This document shows, one piece after another, positions 8,941 to 17,307 of a stretch of 64,000 nt of DNA. The stretch spans positions 1-64,000 of the IMG/VR virus record IMGVR_UViG_3300045282_000112. One strand, written 5' to 3'. A program made the position numbers and the translations under genes. Source of the stretch: a virus. Under the pieces are notes generated by a model, which saw only the letters and a list, made by a program, of their open reading frames with translations, was not told the DNA's origin and made no database searches. Within the stretch, counting starts at the first letter, position 1. Each line of letters opens with the position of its first letter.

Positions 8941-9894
8941 GTGGCAAAGAAGAGTAAGCCTGAGCCGAAGCCCGAGCCCACGATCCAGTTCGTCGGCTCG
9001 GGCTGCACTGTTCTCGATCAGGCGCTCGGCGGTGGCTGGGCGCTTGGTCGGATCAGCAACGTCATCGGCGACCGCTCGTCGGGCAAGACGTTGTTGGCTA
9101 TCGAGGCAGCGACCAATTTCAGCATGCTGCACCCGGCCGGTTCGATCTGGTATCGGGAGAGCGAACACGCCTTCGATCCGCACTACGCGCGCTCGCTGGG
9201 CATGCCGTTCGAGCGCGTGCGCCTCGATCACATCGACACCGTCGAGGCGTTCTACGACGACCTGAGCAAGGTCATCGACACGGCACCGAAGCCCGCCATC
9301 TACATCGTCGACAGCCTTGATGCACTGGGCGACATCAAGGAGCGGGAACGCAGCTTCCGCGACGCGACCTACGGCACCGACAAGGCCGCCGCGCTGTCGG
9401 AGCTGTTCCGGCGGCGCGTCGGTGACATGGCGCAAGCCAACGTCACGTTGATGATCGTGTCGCAGACGCGCTCGCGCATCGGCGGCTACGGCAAAGCTTG
9501 GGTGCGAGCTGGCGGCAAGGCGCTCGACTTCTACGCGTCACAGGTCGTGTTCCTGAAGCAGACCTCACTGGTGAAGCGCGAGGTGAAGGGCATCGAGCGG
9601 ATCACTGGCATCACGGTGCACGCGCGCATGGAGAAGAACAAGGTCAGCCTGCCGTTCCGCGAGGCGGACTTTGAAATCACCTTCGGTTATGGGGTCGACG
9701 ATCACAAGGCGTGCGTGGCCTACCTCGACGAGGCGGGGGCGCTGAACGGCGAGAAGCCCGTGGCGCTGCTCAAGGCGATGCGCGGCGGTGACACGGCGCT
9801 GTGCGCCTCGGTGAAGGCACGCGTGATCGAGCATTGGGCGGCGGTCGAGACTTCGTTCTTGCCGACCAGCCGCAAATACGGAGGAGAACAATGA
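8941..9894 (+). CDS. RecA/UvsX-like recombinase
   Basis: SG...LD.ALGGG...GRI, Walker A GDRSSGKT, E.EHAFDP.YA..LG, IVDS, GGKALDFYAS, KNKV..PFR. Confidence 0.92.
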   Translation: MAKKSKPEPKPEPTIQFVGSGCTVLDQALGGGWALGRISNVIGDRSSGKTLLAIEAATNFSMLHPAGSIWYRESEHAFDPHYARSLGMPFERVRLDHIDTVEAFYDDLSKVIDTAPKPAIYIVDSLDALGDIKERERSFRDATYGTDKAAALSELFRRRVGDMAQANVTLMIVSQTRSRIGGYGKAWVRAGGKALDFYASQVVFLKQTSLVKREVKGIERITGITVHARMEKNKVSLPFREADFEITFGYGVDDHKACVAYLDEAGALNGEKPVALLKAMRGGDTALCASVKARVIEHWAAVETSFLPTSRKYGGEQ

Positions 9895-10364
9895 GCTTCT
9901 ATGAAATCTACGGCTCGCAGATAGTCAATCGTCGCAACATCCGTGCGGCCCGCCTTACCGGCACGCACAAAGACCCTGTCCGTGACACCCTCATCACGCT
10001 CGACGACGGGGGGAACGTGCTCCTGCGTGGCAACCACCTTGACCGCATCGTGGAGGAGATCGGTATCATCCCGGCAGAACCCGGCTACCGCACCGTTACG
10101 CATTGGGCGGACGAAGAAGGGGACGGCGTCCACATGCACCCGATCATCGCTTGGCGCATCGAGGGTGGCTTGGTGTCGCCGCTCACCCCCGACTGGGGCA
10201 TGAACGACGGTGACTTCGCCATTCTCTACCCGGACGGGCGCGTCATCTCGCCCGGAGATCAGTGGTGGCCAAACGTAGAGGAATGGCTGGTGTCGGCGCG
10301 CGAGGAGTGGGCCAAGAAGCTGGCCAAGAGGCTGGCCAAGATGAAGGCCGAGAAGGCCGCTTGA
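9891..10364 (+). CDS. hypothetical protein
   Basis: ATG 9891 with GAGGAG RBS, overlapping recA stop. Confidence 0.7.
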   Translation: MSFYEIYGSQIVNRRNIRAARLTGTHKDPVRDTLITLDDGGNVLLRGNHLDRIVEEIGIIPAEPGYRTVTHWADEEGDGVHMHPIIAWRIEGGLVSPLTPDWGMNDGDFAILYPDGRVISPGDQWWPNVEEWLVSAREEWAKKLAKRLAKMKAEKAA

Positions 10365-10463
10365 TCCCTGCCGGAAGTTACCCACCTGACGGTCGCGCCC
10401 GCCCCCTTGGGCTTCAATCCCCCCGCCCCCCTCGAAACCTTTGGACGGCGGGCGCACCATCCC

Positions 10464-10946
10464 TCAAGCGTCGTCTGGATCATCTCCCTTCATGCGCGAC
10501 CCGCGCCGGATGTCGTCGAGCCATTCACGCTCGTCGTCGTCGAAGCCACGGCTCCACAGGTTGGATGGCAGACCAGTGCTGACGGTTGAGATCGTGTGCC
10601 CGTGCATCGTGCCGCGCTTGTTGTCCTGCTCCTTTGGGCCAGCTCCCTGCGCCCGCTTGCGAGCGAGGTCACGCTCGCGCTTGCGCCGGTTGAACGTCTC
10701 GGTGTCGAGCGGTGGCGGCAGCGGCTCGGGCGGCTGGGTGTCGCGCAGCACCGTGCCGTCGCCGAGGCATTCCCAGCAGAGGCGCTTGCCCCGCGCGTTG
10801 CACTCGGGGCAAGGAATGTTGCGGTAGCGGTAGTGACCAAAGTTAACGTCGTAGTCGGCGGCGTTGACGCGGCCCGTGCCATAGCAGTTGTTGCACTTCA
10901 GGTCGCCAGTGCCACGACAGATCGGACACTTCCACAACCACGGCAT
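10464..10946 (-). CDS. DnaJ-type zinc-finger protein
   Basis: Four CxxCxGxG-like repeats (CPICRGTG, CNNCYGTG, CPECNARG, CWECLGDG). Confidence 0.7.
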   Translation of the reverse strand: MPWLWKCPICRGTGDLKCNNCYGTGRVNAADYDVNFGHYRYRNIPCPECNARGKRLCWECLGDGTVLRDTQPPEPLPPPLDTETFNRRKRERDLARKRAQGAGPKEQDNKRGTMHGHTISTVSTGLPSNLWSRGFDDDEREWLDDIRRGSRMKGDDPDDA

Positions 10947-10949
10947 GAC

Positions 10950-11243
10950 TTATGTCAGTCTCCGATGCTGCCCATCGCTCGGTGTCTCAAGGTCAGCAAT
11001 GGCGAGAGCTATCACCCGGATGATGCCGTCGTTGAACGTCTCGCCCGGGCGCAGCATGTCCATGACAGCCTCGATAAGGTTATCATGCATATCTATCCAC
11101 CACTCACCAGTGCTGTGGCGCTCGACGTTTGCACCGATCTTCCAGTAGCCCCCGCCGCTCAGGGACGAATACTTGTCGATCAACCTGAAGGCTTGGTCGT
11201 TGATCAGGACACGCTTCATGGGACGCTTCATGGGGCGCTTCAT
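10950..11243 (-). CDS. hypothetical protein
   Basis: ATGA-coupled to upstream ORF; begins with three 12-bp repeats (MKRP MKRP MKRV). Confidence 0.6.
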   Translation of the reverse strand: MKRPMKRPMKRVLINDQAFRLIDKYSSLSGGGYWKIGANVERHSTGEWWIDMHDNLIEAVMDMLRPGETFNDGIIRVIALAIADLETPSDGQHRRLT

Positions 11244-11449
11244 GGATTTCGCTTCTTCATCTCGCGACGCATCGCGGCTGTTGCACGCTCGTTGCGCTCG
11301 ACCGCGACGCCGATCACCCTGCCCTTCGGCGAGGCGACCATCAACATGTCATGCACCAACCCGCAGTCACAGCAGGAGAAACGGAACTTCTCGTTGCTGC
11401 GCACCGTGAAGTCGTCGACCGCCTTGAGCGTGCGGTAGCGGCTCTTCAT
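11240..11449 (-). CDS. hypothetical protein (CCDCGLVH motif)
   Basis: Small ORF with Cys/His cluster, coupled to neighbours. Confidence 0.65.
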   Translation of the reverse strand: MKSRYRTLKAVDDFTVRSNEKFRFSCCDCGLVHDMLMVASPKGRVIGVAVERNERATAAMRREMKKRNP

Positions 11450-11467
11450 TGCGGCCTCATTGCAGCT

Positions 11468-11923
11468 TCATCCCACGGCTCGGTGGTTCTGAATGGGCCG
11501 AGGGTGGTGGTGCGGGCCGTTGTAGGCGCGCTCGGTGTGCTCGGAACAATAGACCGAGCCAGCTGCCTGCGGCTCGCCGCAGAACACGAAGTCATAGTCA
11601 CCCTGCGGCCACTTGCACTGCCCCGGGCCCAGCTCAAGGATCGAACGGGTGAACGGCACATTGGGCCGCGACGGCGAGGGTGCGGGCGGCGGCTCCATCT
11701 TGAACCACTTGTCCGCGCTGGGCTTCCTTGGCCTTGGCTGGCGCTGCGCCTTCGGCTTCGGCTTCGGCTGCGCTACCGGCGCGGGCTTGACCTTCAGGCG
11801 GTAGAGCTTGCCGATGATGGAGTTCTTGCTGACGCCGAGCAGCTCGGCGATCTCGCTGGCCGAGCGTCCTTCGGCGCGCAGCTGCTTCAACCGCTCGATG
11901 GCGGCATCGTCCCATTCGCTCAT
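11468..11923 (-). CDS. gcrA: GcrA cell-cycle regulator homologue
   Basis: W....IE.LK.L..EG.SAS.IA..LGVS.NS.IGK..RL N-terminus; L.L....C.WP.GD...FCG......YC..H C-terminus. Confidence 0.9.
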   Translation of the reverse strand: MSEWDDAAIERLKQLRAEGRSASEIAELLGVSKNSIIGKLYRLKVKPAPVAQPKPKPKAQRQPRPRKPSADKWFKMEPPPAPSPSRPNVPFTRSILELGPGQCKWPQGDYDFVFCGEPQAAGSVYCSEHTERAYNGPHHHPRPIQNHRAVG

Positions 11924-13110
11924 CTGGTCACCACATATTCTGTCGTGGCCACGCCTTGGCCACCGGTTGTGAAGTTTTCAGTCCACGTGCGGCGCTGAAG
12001 GCAGAGCGGGCACCAGTAGCGCTTGTAGTCGCCCGACAGCGTGCGGTCGGCCCCTACCGGTTCCCACGCCTGCCGACCGTCGGCATGATGGTGGTCACAG
12101 CCAATGCTGCGATTGTAGTGCTTCCAATGCCCCATCACATCGTGTGCAACCGGCGAGCGACGGTCGGTCAGGTTGAAGATGTCACGCACGCTCGTGGGCC
12201 GGTCAAGGCGCAACGTCACGACGTGATGCTCCTTGAACACCGTGCGCCTGCCCCGCCACAGGCCCACCTCGCGCGGCACCTGTCCAATGGCCACATGCTT
12301 CGATGGCTGGTTGAGCAACAAGAGCAGCGTCACCAGCGTCAGCGGATCGCCGCCCGCCATGAAGCACAGCTCGGTGAAGTCCTTCGGGGCAGTGTCACGC
12401 AGCTCGCCGTGCGTCACCCTGTGGAAGGTGGGGCTGATATCGAAGTGCGCGGCGATCTGGCCATGTGTCCACTGCTTGCCGATCTCGGGCATGACGATGT
12501 CGATGCCCAAGTCGCCGCGCAGTTCACCACGGGAGACCGAGAAGGTGTCATTGATGTGGGTGAGGCGCGGGTCGCGCGGATCGATACGCCGCTGACCGCC
12601 GAAGACATAGGCGTCGCGCACACGTATGGCGTCGACCTCATTGTGCCCGGTAAGCTTGGTGAGCGACACCGACTGTGGCCGGTTGAGGCGGAAGCTGATG
12701 CCGCCGAAGCCCACGTCGGGCCATTGTGGATCGCGCGCGGTGTTGGGTCGCTTGCCATTGGAAAAGATCAGCACGGTGCCCTCGTGCACGAGGTAGCCCA
12801 CCCGTTCGTCCGACGACGGCACCAGCGGCTGCTCTGGACGCCACTCACGCCACATGGCGCGGCTGTCGAACTCAAAATAGCAGGTTGGGTAAGGCGCACG
12901 CGCAAACTCAATGTTGTCGATCAGCAGATCGACATGGTTGAGCATCATCTCGCCAACGCGCGCCGAGGCAGCGTGATCGAATACGAAGCGCCGGGCGTTG
13001 TGCCGTTGCTGCCAGACCGCTTCCAGTGTCGAGCGCAGCTTCAGGCCGCGCTTCGGGTGGTCGGCGGGACTGGCGAGATCGAGCAGGGTAGCTCGGGCGT
13101 CGCGCTTCAC
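11920..13110 (-). CDS. hypothetical phage protein
   Basis: 396 aa; C-terminal SPVAHDVMGHW motif of a common phage protein family. Confidence 0.75.
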   Translation of the reverse strand: MKRDARATLLDLASPADHPKRGLKLRSTLEAVWQQRHNARRFVFDHAASARVGEMMLNHVDLLIDNIEFARAPYPTCYFEFDSRAMWREWRPEQPLVPSSDERVGYLVHEGTVLIFSNGKRPNTARDPQWPDVGFGGISFRLNRPQSVSLTKLTGHNEVDAIRVRDAYVFGGQRRIDPRDPRLTHINDTFSVSRGELRGDLGIDIVMPEIGKQWTHGQIAAHFDISPTFHRVTHGELRDTAPKDFTELCFMAGGDPLTLVTLLLLLNQPSKHVAIGQVPREVGLWRGRRTVFKEHHVVTLRLDRPTSVRDIFNLTDRRSPVAHDVMGHWKHYNRSIGCDHHHADGRQAWEPVGADRTLSGDYKRYWCPLCLQRRTWTENFTTGGQGVATTEYVVTR

Positions 13111-13126
13111 AGGTCATCCTCCTTTT

Positions 13127-13339
13127 TCACGGGTATTCGTCCAGCAGCCGCTCGTCATCGGACTGCAAGCTCTCCTCGAACTCGCGGTCGAGGCGCTCCA
13201 GATCAGCGCGCGCCTCCTCCTCGGTGCAACCCCAGCCATGCTTCCACGGCTCTTCGTCGTCACCTTCGTGCAAGGCGCGCCAGTCCCAGCGGCGGTCGGG
13301 GATCGGCGGGTATTCGTGATAGACGACAACGCGTCTCAT
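13127..13339 (-). CDS. hypothetical protein
   Basis: PPIPDR.WDW.A...G.G.TEEEA.ADL small phage-protein pattern; coupled ORF. Confidence 0.7.
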   Translation of the reverse strand: MRRVVVYHEYPPIPDRRWDWRALHEGDDEEPWKHGWGCTEEEARADLERLDREFEESLQSDDERLLDEYP

Positions 13340-13611
13340 GCCGCACCCTCCGCTGTCAGCGTGGCGCGCTCAGCCTGCAGGGCTCCCCGCAGCGCCAGCA
13401 CCCGGTTGCCGTCGGCCGACCAGTGACCGCGCGCCAAGGCGCGCTGGCTGCCCCTCACGGCGCGCTCCAGCCGCTCGACGATCTGGGCGGTGCCTTCGTA
13501 GGGGCCAGCCATCAAATCGTGCAGGTGACGCTCCCTGACGTAGCCAGCGGCGATCCGGTCGACACGGGCGTTGGTGCTGCGCACCGCGATCTCAAGCATG
13601 TCCATGTTCAT
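13336..13611 (-). CDS. hypothetical protein
   Basis: GGAG RBS; ATGA coupling on both sides. Confidence 0.65.
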   Translation of the reverse strand: MNMDMLEIAVRSTNARVDRIAAGYVRERHLHDLMAGPYEGTAQIVERLERAVRGSQRALARGHWSADGNRVLALRGALQAERATLTAEGAA

Positions 13612-13775
13612 CTCCTGCGAGCCGCGATCAGGCGTCCAGTGCGGACCTTGAGTTCGCGCTCGATCTTGTGGGCGGCGCGATAAGCGGCGTCGTCCTTGTT
13701 GGTGGCGAAGACCTCGACGGTGGCGCGGTTGCCCGCATCCTCGTCGTCGATCTCAATGGTCACAATCCAGAGCAT
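13608..13775 (-). CDS. hypothetical protein
   Basis: MLWIVTIEID... from GAGGAGTGACCATG; 3' part of track ORF 13608..13991. Confidence 0.55.
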   Translation of the reverse strand: MLWIVTIEIDDEDAGNRATVEVFATNKDDAAYRAAHKIERELKVRTGRLIAARRR

Positions 13776-13777
13776 GG

Positions 13778-13984
13778 TCACTCCTCGATCAGGTATTCGT
13801 CGTGCTGGTAGGTGCCCTCGACGCGCTCGACGATGCCCTTCTTGACCAGCGAGGAGACCACCCCGCCGATGCTGGCAGCGTCGATGCCAGCGTCGCTGGC
13901 GATATCGTGGCTGTAGATGCCGCCCGGCGCGCGCTCGCGCAGGGCGTCGATCACGGCGCGCTCCAAGGGGGTCAGGAAGATCAC
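13778..13984 (-). CDS. winged-HTH (MarR-like) small protein
   Basis: LTPLERAVIDAL...DIA.DAGI...SIGGVVSSLVKKGIV. Confidence 0.6.
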   Translation of the reverse strand: MIFLTPLERAVIDALRERAPGGIYSHDIASDAGIDAASIGGVVSSLVKKGIVERVEGTYQHDEYLIEE

Positions 13985-13997
13985 TGGTCATTCTCCT

Positions 13998-14249
13998 CTA
14001 GGCAAACACGCGGATCGCGCAGTAGTCGATGCAGACCCACTTCCGGCCGCGCTGCAGGAAGGCCCCGTTCTTGGCGGCCTTGAACATCGCGACGTGGCGG
14101 TGGTCGAAGCGGGTCGCCTGCGTCATGGTGGCGATCACCACGGTGCGGCCCTCGGTGAGGTTGCGGACGATGGCGGCGACCATCACGCGGGCGCGGTGCC
14201 AGCGGAGGAAGCGGCCTTCGATCATCTGGTTGTTGGTCATGGTGGTCAT
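13998..14249 (-). CDS. hypothetical early protein
   Basis: AGGAG RBS directly downstream of promoter 14264-14292. Confidence 0.7.
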   Translation of the reverse strand: MTTMTNNQMIEGRFLRWHRARVMVAAIVRNLTEGRTVVIATMTQATRFDHRHVAMFKAAKNGAFLQRGRKWVCIDYCAIRVFA

Positions 14250-14263
14250 CTCCTGCTCAACTT

Positions 14264-14292
14264 ATATAAGCCCGACCCCGATGACCTTCAAG
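14264..14292 (-). promoter_or_regulatory. early promoter CTTGAA-N17-TTATAT
   Basis: One of four near-identical CCCCTTGAAGGT...GCTTATATAAG units; matches alphaproteobacterial RpoD consensus CTTG-N-CTATAT. Confidence 0.8.
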
Positions 14293-14310
14293 GGGGTCGA
14301 GAGACTTTTC

Positions 14311-14676
14311 CTAGTCGAGCCGCTCCCCGGCGTAGGCGCTGTAGCCAGCCGCGCTGAAGACCTCGGCCATCGCTCGCGCGTGGGCAGTCTTCATCTCGTG
14401 GCTCTGGCCATGCTCGCTGATCCAGAGGTGGACCCCGCCGCCGTAGCCCGTCCGACCGTGACCGGCCTTCTTCAGCCAGTAGCCGAGGCTCCGGTCCTTG
14501 ACGACCACCCAAGCGAAGCCGCACAGACCGTGCAGCAGCCCAACCTGCTTGCTGCCCTGCATGACCGCGTAGTGCGCCATGCCCTTCTCTGCCTCGACCG
14601 CCGCCAGCCGACCGGCCAGCACCGCGCGAGCGTAGAGCAGCTCGTAACCCTTGCTATCAATCTTTGCCATGGTCAT
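14311..14676 (-). CDS. hypothetical early protein (CGFAWV motif)
   Basis: G.CGFAWV...QS.E.K.A.A.A.A.V.......RLD pattern of a common phage early family; GAGGAG RBS. Confidence 0.75.
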   Translation of the reverse strand: MTMAKIDSKGYELLYARAVLAGRLAAVEAEKGMAHYAVMQGSKQVGLLHGLCGFAWVVVKDRSLGYWLKKAGHGRTGYGGGVHLWISEHGQSHEMKTAHARAMAEVFSAAGYSAYAGERLD

Positions 14677-14697
14677 TCTCCTCTTCAGGCACAGCTT

Positions 14698-14726
14698 ATA
14701 TAAGCATGGGCCCGACCACCTTCAAG
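14698..14726 (-). promoter_or_regulatory. early promoter CTTGAA-N17-TTATAT
   Basis: Same repeat unit; -35 box lies in hairpin TGGGCCCGA...TCGGGCCCA (14707-14739). Confidence 0.8.
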
Positions 14727-14739
14727 GGGATCGGGCCCA

Positions 14740-15365
14740 ATGTTTTCAGTCTTTTGGACCGGGGAGCCTTGGCCAAGCCTTAGTGCTTGAGTTTCGCAAT
14801 CTCCCGCGAGAGCGCGCGATAACCGCCGCCCTGTGTCGTTTCGTTGCCCTGAGAGGTCAATGGATGGTGGATGGTCCTCTACTGTCGCCGCACCGCAGCG
14901 ACCGGATCGACGGCCATTGGTCCGATGGCAACAAATCAAGGAGCGCGGGTCACTGCAACAGTGGTCGAAAGCGCCGGTTGATGACCCGGCTCCCACACTA
15001 CGTCCGCGCTTATTCCCGCCGTCGGGCACACGCCCGATACTCGCTTTTTCGCGGTCCTCTTGGGCCCGGTCTTACGCCGTGGGCCCACGCTCCTTGTGAC
15101 AGGCTCATCAAATGATCTCTCGCCAACCCTTCGGCGGGTCGCATTCCCGCTGTCTCGGCAGTCAGTTGCGTCCGTTACACCCGGCTGCTGCCTATGGCGT
15201 CCGACGAGAGATCGTTTGATGAGCCTCCTTTCTGCTGGTTTCTGGGAGGAGCCCTCGACCCTCTGGCATCCCGGTCCACCCACTCTCTGTGCGGCCCACG
15301 TGGGGCTCTAGGCGAGGTGTTAAGTGGTGGCTGGAAGTTGCGCTCTAGGTCTTGGTCTCCTCACC
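14740..15365 (-). ncRNA. putative large (~600 nt) structured non-coding RNA, family unknown
   Basis: No credible ORF; own early promoter (15371-15398); long-range stems 14755-14763/15270-15278, 14937-14949/15084-15096, 15101-15126/15201-15226; many local hairpins; mismatches mostly resolve as G-U on minus strand. Confidence 0.65.
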
Positions 15366-15370
15366 AGCTT

Positions 15371-15398
15371 ATATAAGCTGCACAGGATGACCTTCAAG
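15371..15398 (-). promoter_or_regulatory. early promoter CTTGAA-N16-TTATAT
   Basis: Same repeat unit; points into ORF-free structured region. Confidence 0.75.
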
Positions 15399-15422
15399 GG
15401 GGTGTGCCAACTTTTTTGGGCA

Positions 15423-15445
15423 CATTTACACGCCCTGTGTAAATG
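15423..15445. repeat. palindrome CATTTACAC-N5-GTGTAAATG (second copy 49231-49255)
   Basis: Perfect 9-bp arms; near-identical site upstream of the head protease/scaffold gene. Confidence 0.8.
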
Positions 15446-15521
15446 GTGCTCCCCCCGCGAGGAAGGCAGGGGCGGGCTCAAGCACTCTACAAAGGCGAGC
15501 CCGCCCCCTCCGACGGGGAGA

Positions 15522-15623
15522 ATGACCATCAAACCACCCGACGGGAGGCGCACATGTAAAGAGTGTCAGCGCGTGCTGCAAGCGGGCAGACGGCAGTGCC
15601 GCTGCTGCGGCCACCGCTCCTGA
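15522..15623 (+). CDS. small zinc-ribbon-like protein
   Basis: GGAGAATGACC start context shared with other early genes; MTIKPPDGRRTCKECQRVLQAGRRQCRCCGHRS; 3' end overlaps convergent ORF. Confidence 0.4.
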   Translation: MTIKPPDGRRTCKECQRVLQAGRRQCRCCGHRS

Positions 15624-15772
15624 TACTCTCGGCGTGCACGATCCTGCGGCGTTTCGTATCCGCCTTGGCTCTGGACCTTGCCATCGTAGTGGTCAAAGTT
15701 GCGCGGCAGCTGCTGGTAGGAGGAGTTGTCAGCTAGCAGAAAGCTTGCGCCCAAAACGATCATCGTCAGCAT
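15566..15772 (-). CDS. hypothetical protein with hydrophobic N-terminus
   Basis: 68-aa ORF; weak RBS; overlaps convergent small ORF. Confidence 0.35.
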   Translation of the reverse strand: MLTMIVLGASFLLADNSSYQQLPRNFDHYDGKVQSQGGYETPQDRARREYQERWPQQRHCRLPACSTR

Positions 15773-15856
15773 TTTTTACATTTCCCTCTTGCATTGTCGT
15801 GTCGAGCTTATATCTGTGTTGCAAGGCCGACGCAACGTCGGACCTGATTGGAGAGA

Positions 15857-16969
15857 ATGACCATGAAGCAAGGACGTAACATCATCGAGCTGGCGACCGA
15901 GCTGGAGCGCCAGAAGGAGGCGAAGGTCGACCTCGTCGCGTCGACCAAGGACATGCACGTCACGGCGCGCACCTACGCCAACAGCAACGAGAGCCACGTC
16001 GGCATCGATGTCGGCGACCGGCAGTTTGGGATCAACAACACCGGGCACGCGCAGATCGGCGGGCACACTGGCATCCCGAGCGCCTACTACAAGAAGATGC
16101 AGGCCGAGGCTCCCGACCTCCTCGCCACCAACATCAACCGCTGGTTCGAGAAGTATCCGGCCCCGCGCATGGCCCGCACGCTCGACGGCAAGCTGCGCGC
16201 CTTCCTCTCGCCTGCCTACCGTCCGCTGGAGAACGCCGACCTTGCCGAGGCGGTGCTGCCGGTCCTCATGGACCTCAAGATGATGATCATGAGCTGCGAG
16301 GTCACCGAGACGCGCCTCTACATCAAGGCGGTCGACGAGCGCATCCTGCTCGACATCCCGACCGGCCGCGCACTCGGCGACGGCAGCCACGTGTTCTTCG
16401 ACACGGTGTCACCTGCGGCGATCATCTCCAACTCGGAAGTCGGGCTCGGCAGCCTCTCGGTCGAGACCGGAACGTGGACCAAGATGTGCACCAACCTCGC
16501 GGTCTTCTCCTCCTCGGGCATGAAGCGCCGCCACATCGGTGCCCGCACCGTGTTGGATGACGGCGAGCAGGTGCGCCACCTGCTGACCGACGAGACGAAG
16601 CGCGCCACCGACAAGGCGGTCTGGATGCAGGTGCGCGACGTGGTCGCCGGGGCCTTCAACGAGGAGAAGTTCAAGGCGAACGTCGACAGCATGAAGGGTG
16701 CGGTCGAGCAGAAGATCGAAGGCGACCCGGTCAAGGTGGTCGACCTCTCGGCGAAGCGGCTGGGCCTGACCGAGGCCGAGGGCAAGTCGGTGCTGCGCCA
16801 CCTGATCGCGGGTGGTGACCTGACCCGCTACGGGCTCTTCAACGCGGTGACCCGGTCGGCTCAGGATCACGAGAGCTACGACCGCGCCACCGAGATCGAG
16901 CGGATGGGCGGACAGGTGATCGAGCTGCCGAAGCACGACTGGGAAGTGATCCAGAAGCAGGCCGCCTGA
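15857..16969 (+). CDS. DUF932-family phage protein
   Basis: G..L.ELA.ELERQ..AK.D; RTLDG..RAFLS..Y..L.N; ISNSEVG.GS; C.N; R.H.G; Y.L.NAVT...YDRATE.E..GG. Confidence 0.8.
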   Translation: MTMKQGRNIIELATELERQKEAKVDLVASTKDMHVTARTYANSNESHVGIDVGDRQFGINNTGHAQIGGHTGIPSAYYKKMQAEAPDLLATNINRWFEKYPAPRMARTLDGKLRAFLSPAYRPLENADLAEAVLPVLMDLKMMIMSCEVTETRLYIKAVDERILLDIPTGRALGDGSHVFFDTVSPAAIISNSEVGLGSLSVETGTWTKMCTNLAVFSSSGMKRRHIGARTVLDDGEQVRHLLTDETKRATDKAVWMQVRDVVAGAFNEEKFKANVDSMKGAVEQKIEGDPVKVVDLSAKRLGLTEAEGKSVLRHLIAGGDLTRYGLFNAVTRSAQDHESYDRATEIERMGGQVIELPKHDWEVIQKQAA

Positions 16970-16987
16970 GACGGCACCAGCTGAAGG

Positions 16988-17017
16988 AAAAGGGCGGCTT
17001 CGGCCGCCCTTTTGTTT
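16988..17017 (+). terminator. Rho-independent terminator
   Basis: AAAAGGGCGGC-TTCG-GCCGCCCTTTT followed by GTTT. Confidence 0.85.
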
Positions 17018-17026
17018 GCCTGCCCC

Positions 17027-17055
17027 CTTGAAGGTTACCAGCGGACAGCTTATAT
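17027..17055 (+). promoter_or_regulatory. early promoter CTTGAA-N17-TTATAT
   Basis: Same repeat unit on plus strand, followed by AAGGAGG RBS of 17077. Confidence 0.8.
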
Positions 17056-17076
17056 AAGCTGTGAAAGGAGGGTGTC

Positions 17077-17307
17077 ATGAGACACCTCAGAACAGAAGGC
17101 GAGAGCGAGAGACAACTGCGTAGCTGGGGCTTTGAGCTGCGGTCCCACAACATAGCCTACGGGCTCTGGGACCACTACAGCGACGGGCGGACCCTCGCCC
17201 TCTACGACGACGGCGGCTGGATCGAGATCAAGGCGCACGGTCGATACGGCCGAGGCACCGCCAGCCTGATGGCTTACCTGCGGACTGCCGCAGCGGAGAT
17301 GGAATGA
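17077..17307 (+). CDS. hypothetical early protein
   Basis: Strong RBS after promoter. Confidence 0.7.
   Translation: MRHLRTEGESERQLRSWGFELRSHNIAYGLWDHYSDGRTLALYDDGGWIEIKAHGRYGRGTASLMAYLRTAAAEME

Noticed and set aside
11208-11243. Three 12-bp tandem repeats (MKRP x3)
   Set aside because: In-frame micro-duplication at a gene start; no evidence for phase variation
11956-13683. Long opposite-strand ORFs (e.g. 11956..13683 +, 51605..53386 +, 41866..43083 +, 5781..6878 -)
   Set aside because: Antisense shadows of well-supported genes in GC-rich DNA; no RBS or recognisable motifs
13608-13991. Track ORF MTSDLPDPLG... as a single 127-aa gene
   Set aside because: N-terminal two thirds are Arg-rich off-frame sequence over the wHTH ORF 13778..13984. 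An extra base in ATGACC(A)GTG could be a real or sequencing frameshift, but this cannot be resolved here.
14651-15376. Several ORFs across the structured region
   Set aside because: None has an RBS or phage-like codon bias; extensive base pairing explains the region better
15788-15816. Fifth copy of the early promoter upstream of the DUF932 gene
   Set aside because: GCTTATAT is present but spacing to CTTGCA is only 14 nt; a promoter is plausible but its boxes cannot be fixed
14261-17060. Repeated TTATATAAG/CCTTGAAGG units as a CRISPR array
   Set aside because: Irregular spacing, both orientations, whole genes in between, and a -35/-10 layout; these are promoters
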